Source: an uncultured Gammaproteobacteria bacterium (lineage in GTDB: Bacteria > Patescibacteriota > Patescibacteriia > Patescibacteriales > GWC2-42-12). Taken from it: a stretch of 42,560 bases of DNA. A program made the position numbers and the translations under genes. The stretch covers positions 1 to 42,560 of the forward strand of contig CAZKKV010000002.1 of NCBI GenBank assembly GCA_964553705.1, in the 5' to 3' direction. This document shows, piece after piece, positions 6,183 to 14,115 of the stretch. Position 1 is the first letter of the stretch. The number at the start of each line of letters is the position of its first letter. A model generated the notes under the pieces. That model did no database searches and was not told the origin of the DNA. It saw only the letters and a list, made by a program, of their open reading frames with translations.

Positions 6183-6407
6183 GGAAAGCTTCACTAAGAC
6201 TGATACAAGTTTTGGGTCAAATTTCAAAAATTGGCTTCCTAAATCTTGTCGGACCGTGGTCTGACGGGTGCGGACTAAGGGGTAAATTTATTTTTAGTCA
6301 TCAACAAAGATTGAAATTTCAAATTGATTAAAAATAATCTGTTGTAACAACAGAACCCATTGGAGTAATGCCAATTCTTGATCAGCGTTTTTTGGTGAAG
6401 CTTTTTT
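6183..6407 (+). ncRNA. Candidate structured ncRNA (~225 nt) closed by a 12-bp terminal helix and ending in a U-tract; class unknown
   Basis: GGAAAGCTTCAC (6183-6194) pairs with GTGAAGCTTTTT (6395-6406). Internal hairpins are 6248-6265 (GTCGGAC/GTCTGAC), 6273-6299 (GACTAA/TTAGTC) and 6339-6353 (CTGTTG/CAACAG). The G-T wobbles are only valid on the + strand. No convincing ORF. Confidence 0.4.
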
Positions 6408-6422
6408 GTTTGATTTTTTGTC

Positions 6423-6537
6423 ATCCTCAGTTTGACTGGGGATCTTTTTTTAGATTCCCGACTTCGCTTGTTTTGACGTCAAGGCGGGTGGGAATGACGA
6501 CAGAGAGGATACATCCCAAATCCCTTGATTATTTTTT
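6423..6537 (+). ncRNA. Second candidate structured element with nested and mutually exclusive helices
   Basis: ATCCTC (6423-6428) / GAGGAT (6505-6510) encloses GGGGATCT (6438-6445) / AGATTCCC (6452-6459, G-U on + strand only). It also encloses CGCTTG (6465-6470) / CAAGGCG (6480-6486) around the palindrome TTGACGTCAA (6473-6482). ATTCCC can alternatively pair with GGGAAT (6490-6495). A T-run at 6532-6537 follows. Confidence 0.35.
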
Positions 6538-6551
6538 ATATTTTAGAGATT

Positions 6552-6731
6552 TTATTCTTCTATTATAATATCAAAAGGGCAAATTTCTTGGCATTTGCCA
6601 CATTTATTACATTTTTTTTCATCTATAATCGCTTTTCCGTCTTTGTCGATTGAAATTGCTCCGGAAGGACAAATTCCAATACAGGCTCCACAACCAGCAC
6701 ATTTCGATTTTTCAACTTTTAATTTTTTCAT
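6552..6731 (-). CDS. 2x[4Fe-4S] ferredoxin (59 aa)
   Basis: Hand translation: [59 protein letters not shown], with two CxxCxxCxxxCP motifs. Below the ORF-track cutoff. Confidence 0.85.
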   Translation of the reverse strand: MKKLKVEKSKCAGCGACIGICPSGAISIDKDGKAIIDEKKCNKCGKCQEICPFDIIIEE

Positions 6732-6791
6732 ATTTTAGATTTTTTTATGGATAAAAGGCATCAATAATATTTTTTTGTCATCTTTTTTAAT

Positions 6792-7598
6792 TCATTTTTT
6801 TTGAAGCATATCTAGTTTAATAAATGGACATTCTGTTGCTTTAATTTTATCATCTAAAACTGCTCGAATAAATTCATTGCAAGATTTAAAACCGCATTTT
6901 CCGCAATTTAAATTCGGGATTAAATTTTTTAATTCTTTCCCTGCCAAGAATCTTTGCATTACTTTTGTGTCATTGATTACTTTATTACCATAGCAATAGC
7001 CGCAAATTGCTGATGGCATAGAGTGTTTTAATGTTAAACTTTTGTTTTTGATAGAATCGGTTTTTTTTATGATTTCAGCAATATCAATAGCACCTTCACC
7101 TGTAAGTCCGTTGATTTCTACTATTTTTGCTTTATGGTTTACTTTTAAGACTTTTGTTCTAAAAATTTCTCTTTCTGCTTGAGAAATTAAGTCACCCTTA
7201 CTAATGGCTACAATATCTGCTTGAGTTAAAATTGGACCGTAGCGAATAGGATCTCCTGATGTAATGTCTAAAATATTAATTCCTAAGCCTTCTTTAATGT
7301 AAGGTGAGCATCTTAAACATAGACCAGCAGTTTCAAGTATGATAATGTCTTTATCTTGATTTTTTTTAATTATTTTAGGAATTTCTAAGGCCGTATAATG
7401 ATCAGGGCAAAGTTCTCCGGCTAATTTTTTAATAGTTGGAATACCATGTTCTTTAGCAATTCGTTCGTTGTCTGAAGTGTGAAGACAATCAAATTTAGCA
7501 AAAAATAATTTAAAATCGTTTTTCAACTCTTTAATTATGTGTTTAATTATACTTGTTTTTCCTGAGCCTGGCGTGCCGGCTATTATTATAAATTTCAT
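6792..7598 (-). CDS. G3E-family P-loop GTPase (HypB/UreG/CobW-like) fused to a C-terminal RnfB/CdhD-type Fe-S cluster-binding motif
   Basis: N-terminal AGTPGSGKTS (Walker A), IIILETAGL (Walker B-like) and ISKGDL (NKxD-like). C-terminal NCGKCGFKSCNEF...ECPF matches the C-G-x-C-G-x3-C...C-P Fe-S domain pattern seen at the RnfB N-terminus. Confidence 0.7.
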   Translation of the reverse strand: MKFIIIAGTPGSGKTSIIKHIIKELKNDFKLFFAKFDCLHTSDNERIAKEHGIPTIKKLAGELCPDHYTALEIPKIIKKNQDKDIIILETAGLCLRCSPYIKEGLGINILDITSGDPIRYGPILTQADIVAISKGDLISQAEREIFRTKVLKVNHKAKIVEINGLTGEGAIDIAEIIKKTDSIKNKSLTLKHSMPSAICGYCYGNKVINDTKVMQRFLAGKELKNLIPNLNCGKCGFKSCNEFIRAVLDDKIKATECPFIKLDMLQKK

Positions 7599-7602
7599 AT
7601 TA

Positions 7603-8412
7603 TCATTTTGATTTTATAGGTTCGCAATATATTTCTACATTTTTAATTTCTTTTCCTTTTCTTATTTTTTCTCTGATTTCTAAACTATAATTTTCTATCC
7701 AATTGAGATAATAAGCAATACCTTTTTCTTTCAGGGTAGTGTCTAAAATTTTAATAACACCTCCGTCTTTTATGATAAGTCTTTTATCAGCGTTCAGCGC
7801 TAAAGAAGGATCGTGGGTGACAATTAATATTATTTTTCCTTCTTCTACTAAGGTTTTTATCGCTTTTTCTTTTCTTATACCTGCGTTTTCTATTTCATCA
7901 ATTAAAACGATGGGTGAGGTACTAATATTAGCTACATCGGAAACCATCAAAGCTCTACTTTGTCCTCCGGATAAATTAAGCAGGTTCATTTTAGGAGAAA
8001 TTGCTTCGCCGGTGATTTCATTAGCTTCTTTTATCACTTCTTCAATTAAGCCTTGTCTATTCTTTTTACCGCGAGATTCTAAATGTAATTTTAAAAAATC
8101 TTTAACCGATATATCTGTTAAAAAATTCATGGTTTGAGCTAGTGAAGCAATTAGTTTTCTTTTTGGGTTGGATTTTATTTCTTTGTCGGGAATTTTGTCA
8201 TTAATTAAAATTTTTCTTTTACTTTTAGTGTCTCTTTGAGCCAATCTCTCGATATCATAAAGCAATTGACTTTTTCCTGATCCAGTATGGCCAACAATAG
8301 CTATTACCTGACCCTTTTCTATATCTATTTTTTTAAAATTTTCTCTTTTGCCGAATTTATTTATTCCTGGTAAAATTGTGATTTTTTTTATTTTTTTATT
8401 TAAATAGTTCAT
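7603..8412 (-). CDS. Soluble ABC-type ATPase (no adjacent permease)
   Basis: GHTGSGKSQL (Walker A), LSGGQSRAL (signature), IVLIDEIENA (Walker B) and VTHDP (H-loop). Confidence 0.85.
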   Translation of the reverse strand: MNYLNKKIKKITILPGINKFGKRENFKKIDIEKGQVIAIVGHTGSGKSQLLYDIERLAQRDTKSKRKILINDKIPDKEIKSNPKRKLIASLAQTMNFLTDISVKDFLKLHLESRGKKNRQGLIEEVIKEANEITGEAISPKMNLLNLSGGQSRALMVSDVANISTSPIVLIDEIENAGIRKEKAIKTLVEEGKIILIVTHDPSLALNADKRLIIKDGGVIKILDTTLKEKGIAYYLNWIENYSLEIREKIRKGKEIKNVEIYCEPIKSK

Positions 8413-8587
8413 TTTAATATTAAAGTTAATAATTTTTTAATAAAATAATAGTTTTTGTTAAAACGGAATATTGAGTTTATATTCATAATTATAGCAACAG
8501 GGGCTTGCATGTCAAATGTAAATCAAAAAAGCAAAAAGGTATTTTTATTCTTTTGTAATTTTTTATGAAAATAAATTTTTAAATAGG

Positions 8588-8616
8588 TTGTTTTTATGGG
8601 ATTTTTGGAGTATAAT
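8588..8616 (+). promoter_or_regulatory. Promoter TTGTTT-17-TATAAT for the AbrB-like gene
   Basis: -35 at 8588-8593 and -10 at 8611-8616. Confidence 0.55.
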
Positions 8617-8635
8617 TAAGTTATGAAAGTTGGTG

Positions 8636-8655
8636 TTACGTAACATGCTACGTAA
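8636..8655. promoter_or_regulatory. Tandem TTACGTAA / TACGTAA palindromic boxes (candidate operator)
   Basis: gTTACGTAACAtgcTACGTAACA lies just downstream of the predicted -10. A third copy, ATTACGTAAT, sits at 8834-8843. Confidence 0.5.
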
Positions 8656-8675
8656 CAATGTATCAAATCAAAAAC

Positions 8676-8834
8676 ATGAAAAAATATATTAGAAAAGTAA
8701 CAAGAGTAGGCAAAAGAAGTTTGTCTGTTGTTATTCCAGCTGAAATTGTCAAAGAATTAAAGATTAGAGAAAAACAGAAATTAATAATAAAAAAATTTGG
8801 TAAAAAAATTGTAATAGAAGATTGGAAAAAATAA
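8676..8834 (+). CDS. SpoVT/AbrB-type (MazE-like) DNA-binding protein, 52 aa
   Basis: Hand translation: MKKYIRKVTRVGKRSLSVVIPAEIVKELKIREKQKLIIKKFGKKIVIEDWKK. The V-G-x-x-S-L-x-V-x-I-P-x-E-I pattern is typical of the swapped-hairpin AbrB fold. Confidence 0.7.
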   Translation: MKKYIRKVTRVGKRSLSVVIPAEIVKELKIREKQKLIIKKFGKKIVIEDWKK

Positions 8835-8843
8835 TTACGTAAT
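8834..8843. promoter_or_regulatory. Third ATTACGTAAT palindrome between the AbrB-like gene and the small membrane ORF
   Basis: 10-bp perfect palindrome overlapping the AbrB-like stop codon, 17 nt before ATG 8860. Confidence 0.45.
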
Positions 8844-8859
8844 TTTTTATATAAAAATT

Positions 8860-9051
8860 ATGAAGAAATTATTTGCTGACAAAACGCTTAATTGGTGGCA
8901 AATCGGACTACTTAAATTGTCGTTGATTTCGTTCGGAATCATTATCGGCGTTTATTGGTTCGGTTTTTTTATTAATTGGCTTTCAGTTTTGTGGCTTTTA
9001 TTCTTAGTGCCGGCTTTCTACCTTTTGTATATTTTTTGGTTGAAAGATTAA
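8860..9051 (+). CDS. Small membrane protein (63 aa, two predicted TM helices)
   Basis: ORF from the track with two hydrophobic stretches. No recognisable family. Confidence 0.55.
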   Translation: MKKLFADKTLNWWQIGLLKLSLISFGIIIGVYWFGFFINWLSVLWLLFLVPAFYLLYIFWLKD

Positions 9052-9140
9052 AAGTTGATAAAAGAAGTTAGGTATAAATTTTTTTGCCCAGAAGCAGGCG
9101 AGGTATTTTAGGTCTGATAATTTTTTTTAATTTTTGTATA

Positions 9141-9179
9141 AAATAAACCTCCACAGTGGTTGTGTGGAGGTTTATTTTT
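9141..9179. terminator. Bidirectional-looking intrinsic terminator
   Basis: AAACCTCCACA / TGTGGAGGTTT (11 bp), loop GTGGTTG, with A/T tracts on both sides. Confidence 0.7.
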
Positions 9180-9184
9180 CAGCT

Positions 9185-9221
9185 AAGCCGTATATGGGAG
9201 TAAGCAGTATACGGCTTTTTT
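9185..9221 (+). terminator. Second tandem hairpin plus U-tract
   Basis: AAGCCGTATA / TATACGGCTT (10 bp), 13-nt loop, then TTTT. Confidence 0.6.
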
Positions 9222-9301
9222 CGCACCCGATCACTAGGTGCAAGAACGAGGAGTGGGGAGGTATATTGGTACAACATAGATAGTTTTATTTTTTGTCAAC
9301 C

Positions 9302-9335
9302 AAAAAACAGTCCCGAGTACTCGGAACTGTTTTTT
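9302..9335. terminator. Bidirectional terminator (serves rpmB on the minus strand)
   Basis: AAAAAACAGTCCCGAG TA CTCGGAACTGTTTTTT with one mismatch. It lies 11 nt beyond the rpmB stop. Confidence 0.7.
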
Positions 9336-9345
9336 AAAAAAATAA

Positions 9346-9519
9346 CTATTTTGACTTAGATATGGTTTTGATACATTTAGTACAAACCTTTAGTTTCTTA
9401 CCGTCAATTTTTTTTGACTGTAGATTAACATGTTGTCTCTTGAGAGTTTTGATGTTGGAATGGGATCGACTGGCATCCTTAGTTGAGCCACGTCCACATA
9501 AATCACATTTTCTAGCCAT
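9346..9519 (-). CDS. rpmB: 50S ribosomal protein L28 (Cys4 form)
   Basis: Hand translation: MARKCDLCGRGSTKDASRSHSNIKTLKRQHVNLQSKKIDGKKLKVCTKCIKTISKSK, a typical L28 pattern (MARKC..CGK....G..vSHsn.kt.R...pNLq). Below the track cutoff. Confidence 0.9.
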   Translation of the reverse strand: MARKCDLCGRGSTKDASRSHSNIKTLKRQHVNLQSKKIDGKKLKVCTKCIKTISKSK

Positions 9520-9618
9520 AGTATAAAAAAACAGATAACAGATATTAGTCAGTAGAAATAGCTACTTGTCACCCGTCTGTTGTATTAATTAATTATACAA
9601 AATTGATATTAACATGCT

Positions 9619-9647
9619 TTGCTAAAAATATCAAGCCGTGGTAATAT
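9619..9647 (+). promoter_or_regulatory. Promoter TTGCTA-17-TGgTAATAT upstream of the M50 protease gene
   Basis: -35 at 9619-9624 and extended -10 at 9639-9647. Confidence 0.5.
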
Positions 9648-9676
9648 TATTTTAAACTAATTTTATTTATTTTTTT

Positions 9677-10282
9677 ATGACAATATTATTTTTTCTAGTT
9701 GTAGTATTATTTTCAGCAGTAATTCACGAATACATGCACGGCTGGATGGCTGATCAGCTGGGTGATCCGACAGCGCGTGATGCCGGTCGTTTAACACTTA
9801 ATCCCATAGCACACTTAGATATATTTGGATCATTCTTGATGCCATTGCTTTTATACATTAGTACAGCTGGTAATTTAGTTTTTGGTTATGCTAAACCAGT
9901 ACCGTTTAATCCTTATAATTTACGTGACCAAAAATACGGTGTAGCTAAGGTTGCTATTGCTGGACCGCTGGCTAATTTTATTACCGCTATTTTTTTTGGG
10001 TTAATTATTAGATTCATTCCAGTCTTTTCACCGCTATATGTTTTTTTAGCTATCATTATTAGAATTAATATAATGCTGATGGTTTTTAATTTGGTGCCAG
10101 TTCCGCCACTTGACGGTTCTAAGGTAATTTTGCCGTTTTTACCTTACAGTTGGCAGGTGAAATATTTGGGGTTAGAAAGATATGGTTTTTTATTGATTAT
10201 ATTATTTATTATGTTCGGTTTGACTCTGATTTTACCAATAATAAATTTTTTATGTAATTTGGTTATTGGGCAGTCATTTTAA
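9677..10282 (+). CDS. Site-2 protease family (peptidase M50) membrane metalloprotease
   Basis: HEYMHG (HExxH) in TM1 and NLVPVPPLDGSKV (NxxPxxxLDG). Multi-pass hydrophobic protein. Confidence 0.85.
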   Translation: MTILFFLVVVLFSAVIHEYMHGWMADQLGDPTARDAGRLTLNPIAHLDIFGSFLMPLLLYISTAGNLVFGYAKPVPFNPYNLRDQKYGVAKVAIAGPLANFITAIFFGLIIRFIPVFSPLYVFLAIIIRINIMLMVFNLVPVPPLDGSKVILPFLPYSWQVKYLGLERYGFLLIILFIMFGLTLILPIINFLCNLVIGQSF

Positions 10283-10361
10283 TAGATTTATTCCGCTTCG
10301 GTCGGCTCTTGACCAAAAAAAAATCTTGTGTTAAATTAAAAAAGCAATAAAAGTTGTGCAC

Positions 10362-10386
10362 ATCCCGAAAATTCGGGATTTGTTTT
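10362..10386 (+). terminator. Terminator-like hairpin 20 nt upstream of rpsL
   Basis: ATCCCG AAAATT CGGGAT followed by TTGTTTT. It could terminate the M50 transcript or act as a leader element of the str operon. Confidence 0.45.
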
Positions 10387-10405
10387 AGTATTCTTTGATT
10401 TTATT

Positions 10406-10825
10406 ATGCCAACAATTAATCAGTTAGTCCGCAAAGGGCGCAAACAAATTAAACAAAAAAGCAAAGCACCAGCGTTACAAACTACGCTAGATACTTTGCA
10501 TCGAAAAAGAACTGTTCTGAGAAGAGGGGCGCCTTTTAAGAGAGGGGTTTGTCTTAAAGTTACAACCACTACACCAAAAAAGCCTAATTCGGCTTTAAGA
10601 AAAATTGCTCGAGTTAGATTATCCAATGGTATGGAAGTAACGGCTTATATCCCAGGTGTGGGACATAATTTGCAAGAGCATTCAATTATTTTAGTTAAAG
10701 CTGGTAAAACTAAAGATTTACCGGGTGTTCGATATAAGGTGATACGCGGTGTTTTTGATACCCAAGGTGTTGAAGGCAGAAAGCAGAGCCGTAGTCTTTA
10801 TGGTGCTAAAAAAGAAAAGAAATAA
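10406..10825 (+). CDS. rpsL: 30S ribosomal protein S12
   Basis: [12 protein letters not shown]...[29 protein letters not shown], canonical S12. Confidence 0.98.
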   Translation: MPTINQLVRKGRKQIKQKSKAPALQTTLDTLHRKRTVLRRGAPFKRGVCLKVTTTTPKKPNSALRKIARVRLSNGMEVTAYIPGVGHNLQEHSIILVKAGKTKDLPGVRYKVIRGVFDTQGVEGRKQSRSLYGAKKEKK

Positions 10826-10856
10826 TAAATTATTTTTTGAATTTATAAATATTTGT

Positions 10857-11324
10857 ATGAGAGGCAAACAAGCAATTAAAAGAAAAATTAAAGGTGATAT
10901 CAAATATAACGATATTGATGTGGCTAAATTTACCAACTACATAATGAAAAAAGGTAAAAAATCAGTTGCGCAAAAAGTGGTTTACGGCTGTTTTGATATA
11001 ATAAAAGAAAAAACAAAACAAGATCCGCGTCACGTTTTTAGCAAAGCTTTAAAGCAGGTTAGTCCATTGTTGGAAATTAGAGGTCGAAGAATTGGTGGTG
11101 CCAATTATCAGATTCCTTATCAGGTTAGAGGTGATCGTCGCTTTACTTTGGGTTGTCGTTGGATTATCGGCGCAGCCAAAGCTCGTAAAGGTAAATCAAT
11201 GGCGGAAAAATTGGCCGAGGAAATGATTGACGCGTCAAATAACGAAGGCACAGCAATCAAGAAAAGGACAGACGTACACAGAATGGCTGAAGCCAATAAA
11301 GCGTTTGCTCACTTTGCTAGATAA
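10857..11324 (+). CDS. rpsG: 30S ribosomal protein S7
   Basis: ATG 10857 (MRGKQAIKRK...) is chosen over the track's 10749 start, which overlaps rpsL. C-terminal ...KKRTDVHRMAEANKAFAHFAR is canonical S7. Confidence 0.95.
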   Translation: MRGKQAIKRKIKGDIKYNDIDVAKFTNYIMKKGKKSVAQKVVYGCFDIIKEKTKQDPRHVFSKALKQVSPLLEIRGRRIGGANYQIPYQVRGDRRFTLGCRWIIGAAKARKGKSMAEKLAEEMIDASNNEGTAIKKRTDVHRMAEANKAFAHFAR

Positions 11325-11386
11325 AAATAGAATTTTGAATAATTATTATTTTAGATTACCGTTTACACGGAAATGACAAAAAGAAT

Positions 11387-13471
11387 ATGCCCAGAGATTA
11401 TTCACTAGAAAAAACTAGAAATATTGGCATTATGGCTCATATTGACGCCGGTAAAACCACTTTTACCGAGCGAGTTCTTTTTTATACAGGTAAAAAGCAT
11501 AAAATTGGCGAGACCCACGATGGTGCGGCTGATATGGATTGGATGGAGCAGGAAAAAGAACGTGGTATTACTATTACTTCGGCGGCGACAACTTGCTTTT
11601 GGAAAGACAATAAAATAAATATTATTGATACTCCTGGTCATGTTGACTTTACAGTTGAAGTTGAAAGATCATTGCGCGTTTTAGACAGCGCTATTGCCGT
11701 ATTTGACGGAGCCGCTGGCGTAGAACCGCAGTCTGAAACAGTTTGGCGACAGGCAGATAAATACAAAGTTCCTAGATTATGCTTTATAAACAAGATGGAT
11801 AAAATGGGAGCAGATTTTTATATGAGTTTAAAATCAATCCGTGATAGATTAAATCCGAGAGCTGTTGCGTTCCAGTTGCCAATCGGTGCTGAGAATAATC
11901 ATAGCGGAGTAATTGATTTATTGGAGAGAAAAGCTTATGAATTTAAAGGAAATTTTGGCGAACAAATTAATGAAATAGAAATACCAGAAGAATTAAAAAA
12001 TAATGTTGAAAAATATAGAAATGAAATGATTGAACGTATTGTTGAATGTGAAGATGCTTTAACTGAAAAATATTTAGGCGGGGAAGATATGGAAGTCGAT
12101 GAGTTGAAAGCAGCTGCCAGAAAAGGTGTTATTGTTAATCAGCTTTATCCAGTTTTTTGCGGAACAGCTTTACAAAATATCGGTGTTCAGCCAGCGTTAG
12201 ACGCGGTTGTTGATTATTTACCGTCGCCTTTGGATGTACCCGAACTTCAGGGCATGGATCCCAGAGATGAAGAAAAGAAAATTACAGTAAAGGCTGATGA
12301 CAATGAACCATTTGTCGGTTTAGCGTTTAAGGTGGCAACTGATCCATTTATTGGTAAATTATGTTTTGTTAGGGTTTATAGTGGCGTGCTAAAGGCTGGT
12401 TCATATGTTCTAAATTCTTCAAGCGATAGCAAGGAAAGAATTGGGCGTTTAGTTCGTATGCATGCAAATCACCGAGAGGAAGCAAAAGAAGTTTGCGCTG
12501 GCGACATTGCGGCGATTATTGGCTTAAAGAATACGGTGACAGGCAATACTTTGTGCGCTGAAGATCATCCTATTAGACTTGAATCTATTGTCTTTCCTGA
12601 GCCAGTTATAAAGATTGCTGTTGAACCAAAAACTAAGGCTGATCAAGAAAAGATGGGCGTGGCATTACAGAAGTTGGCTGAGGAAGATCCGACCTTCAGG
12701 GTTGAAACTGATGAAGAAACAAATCAAATATTGATTTCAGGTATGGGAGAATTGCATTTGGATATTATTGTTGATCGAATGAAAAGAGAATTTGGCGTAG
12801 AAGCTAATGTCGGTAAACCTCAGGTTGCTTATCGCGAAACAATAAAAGAAAAAGCTGAAGCTGAGGGTAAATATATTCGCCAATCAGGTGGGCGTGGTCA
12901 GTACGGTCATTGTTGGCTTAAAATTGAACCGAGAGAAGAAGGCGCTGGCTATGAATTTGTTGATGAAGTTAAGGGTGGATCTATCCCTAGAGAATATATA
13001 CCAGCCATCAACAAAGGCGTACAGGAAGCGATAGGAAAAGGGTTTTTAGCTGGTTATCCAATGGTTGATATCAAAGCAATAGTTTACGATGGTACTTTTC
13101 ATGAAGTTGATTCTTCGGAAGCGGCTTTTAAAATGGCTGGCAGTATTGCTTTCAAAGAAGCGGCTAGAAAAGCTAACGCAATTTTACTTGAGCCAATCAT
13201 GAAGGTAGAAGCAGTGACCCCAGAAGATTATATGGGCAGTATTGTCGGAGATTTAAATTCTAGGAGAGGTCAAATTGATGAAATGACAGATAGGGGAAAT
13301 GCCAAAGTTATTTTGGCCAAAGTTCCTTTGTCCGAGATGTTTGGCTATGCTACTGATTTACGTTCAATGAGTCAAGGTAGAGCAAATTATTCAATGGAAT
13401 TTTTACATTATTCAGAAGTGCCAAAAAGTGTAGCTGAAGCGATTATGTCTGAACGAGGAAGTGGCAAATAA
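11387..13471 (+). CDS. fusA: Elongation factor G
   Basis: [27 protein letters not shown]; 694 aa full-length EF-G. Confidence 0.98.
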   Translation: MPRDYSLEKTRNIGIMAHIDAGKTTFTERVLFYTGKKHKIGETHDGAADMDWMEQEKERGITITSAATTCFWKDNKINIIDTPGHVDFTVEVERSLRVLDSAIAVFDGAAGVEPQSETVWRQADKYKVPRLCFINKMDKMGADFYMSLKSIRDRLNPRAVAFQLPIGAENNHSGVIDLLERKAYEFKGNFGEQINEIEIPEELKNNVEKYRNEMIERIVECEDALTEKYLGGEDMEVDELKAAARKGVIVNQLYPVFCGTALQNIGVQPALDAVVDYLPSPLDVPELQGMDPRDEEKKITVKADDNEPFVGLAFKVATDPFIGKLCFVRVYSGVLKAGSYVLNSSSDSKERIGRLVRMHANHREEAKEVCAGDIAAIIGLKNTVTGNTLCAEDHPIRLESIVFPEPVIKIAVEPKTKADQEKMGVALQKLAEEDPTFRVETDEETNQILISGMGELHLDIIVDRMKREFGVEANVGKPQVAYRETIKEKAEAEGKYIRQSGGRGQYGHCWLKIEPREEGAGYEFVDEVKGGSIPREYIPAINKGVQEAIGKGFLAGYPMVDIKAIVYDGTFHEVDSSEAAFKMAGSIAFKEAARKANAILLEPIMKVEAVTPEDYMGSIVGDLNSRRGQIDEMTDRGNAKVILAKVPLSEMFGYATDLRSMSQGRANYSMEFLHYSEVPKSVAEAIMSERGSGK

Positions 13472-13532
13472 AATTTGACTTTTTGTTAAGTCAAAAATAT
13501 AATAAGTAGTATGTTTTAATATTAATTTCAAT

Positions 13533-13994
13533 ATGCAAAACCAACTGCAAAAAGCAATTAATTTATCAAAAAAAACAGGAGATAGAATAATAGTTTTTGA
13601 TAATCACAAGTCTGACAATGTTTTCGTTGTAATGTCGTTGAATGATTACGAAAATTTAGTTTTGGGTAGAAGTGAAGTAAGAGGCTTGACAGAGAATGAA
13701 TTACTTGATAAAATAAATCGCGATATTGCTATTTGGAAAAGTGACCAAGATTATTGTGATAGTTTGGTTAATAGCGGTTATAATAGTAAAAAAATAGACG
13801 AAGAATTAAACGATAACGAAGAAGACGATAAAGAAGAAAATATCGATTTTAATTATCAAGATTTACAAAATATAGACACAGAAAAGACTGAGACAGACAA
13901 AAAAAAGACTTGGCAGATTCCAGGGGATAGAAAGAAGAACGCTGAAGAAGTAATTGAAGAAGACAGGCAGTATCTAGAAGAAATAATGTTTTAA
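13533..13994 (+). CDS. Phd/YefM-antitoxin-like N-terminal domain fused to a long acidic tail (153 aa)
   Basis: RIIVFDNHKSDNVFVVMSLNDYENLV parallels E. coli YefM [23 protein letters not shown]. The C-terminal ~90 aa are D/E/K/N-rich. No toxin gene is adjacent. Confidence 0.55.
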   Translation: MQNQLQKAINLSKKTGDRIIVFDNHKSDNVFVVMSLNDYENLVLGRSEVRGLTENELLDKINRDIAIWKSDQDYCDSLVNSGYNSKKIDEELNDNEEDDKEENIDFNYQDLQNIDTEKTETDKKKTWQIPGDRKKNAEEVIEEDRQYLEEIMF

Positions 13995-14115
13995 ACAAGG
14001 TTTTTAATTAAATTTAAAATAATAGAGACGGCTGGGTGCCCACCTTAACTTAAAGAATATTTAACTAAAAGGGCAAGTAACCCCGAGCACAGGGGGCCGT
14101 TAAGGAAAAATTAAT

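Noticed and set aside
6248-6265. SRP (4.5S) RNA-like string on the minus strand (GUCAG..GGUCCG..AGGAAGCC).
   Set aside because: The hairpin loop is CACG/CGUG, not the GNRA tetraloop. The minus-strand fold has an A-C mismatch, and the symmetric-loop motif is absent.
6181-6360. Possible RNase P RNA: AGGAAAG (6182-6188), GGGTGCGG..TAAGG (6266-6280) and ACAGAACCC (6350-6358) resemble conserved regions CR-I, CR-II and CR-V.
   Set aside because: The defining P4 pairing fails. The sequence after ACAGAA (CCCATTGG) is not complementary to the sequence after GGAAAG (CTTCAC). The element is also shorter than type A/B RNase P RNAs. Only a covariance-model search could settle it.
6368-6568. 66-aa + strand ORF across the structured region.
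   Set aside because: It has no SD, an odd composition, and overlaps the stems and the convergent ferredoxin gene end. It is better explained as non-coding structured sequence.
14028-14105. tRNA-like element before tuf; tRNA genes precede tufB in some bacteria.
   Set aside because: It has no D-arm, no TTCRA T-loop and no usable anticodon arm. It was kept only as a structured leader.
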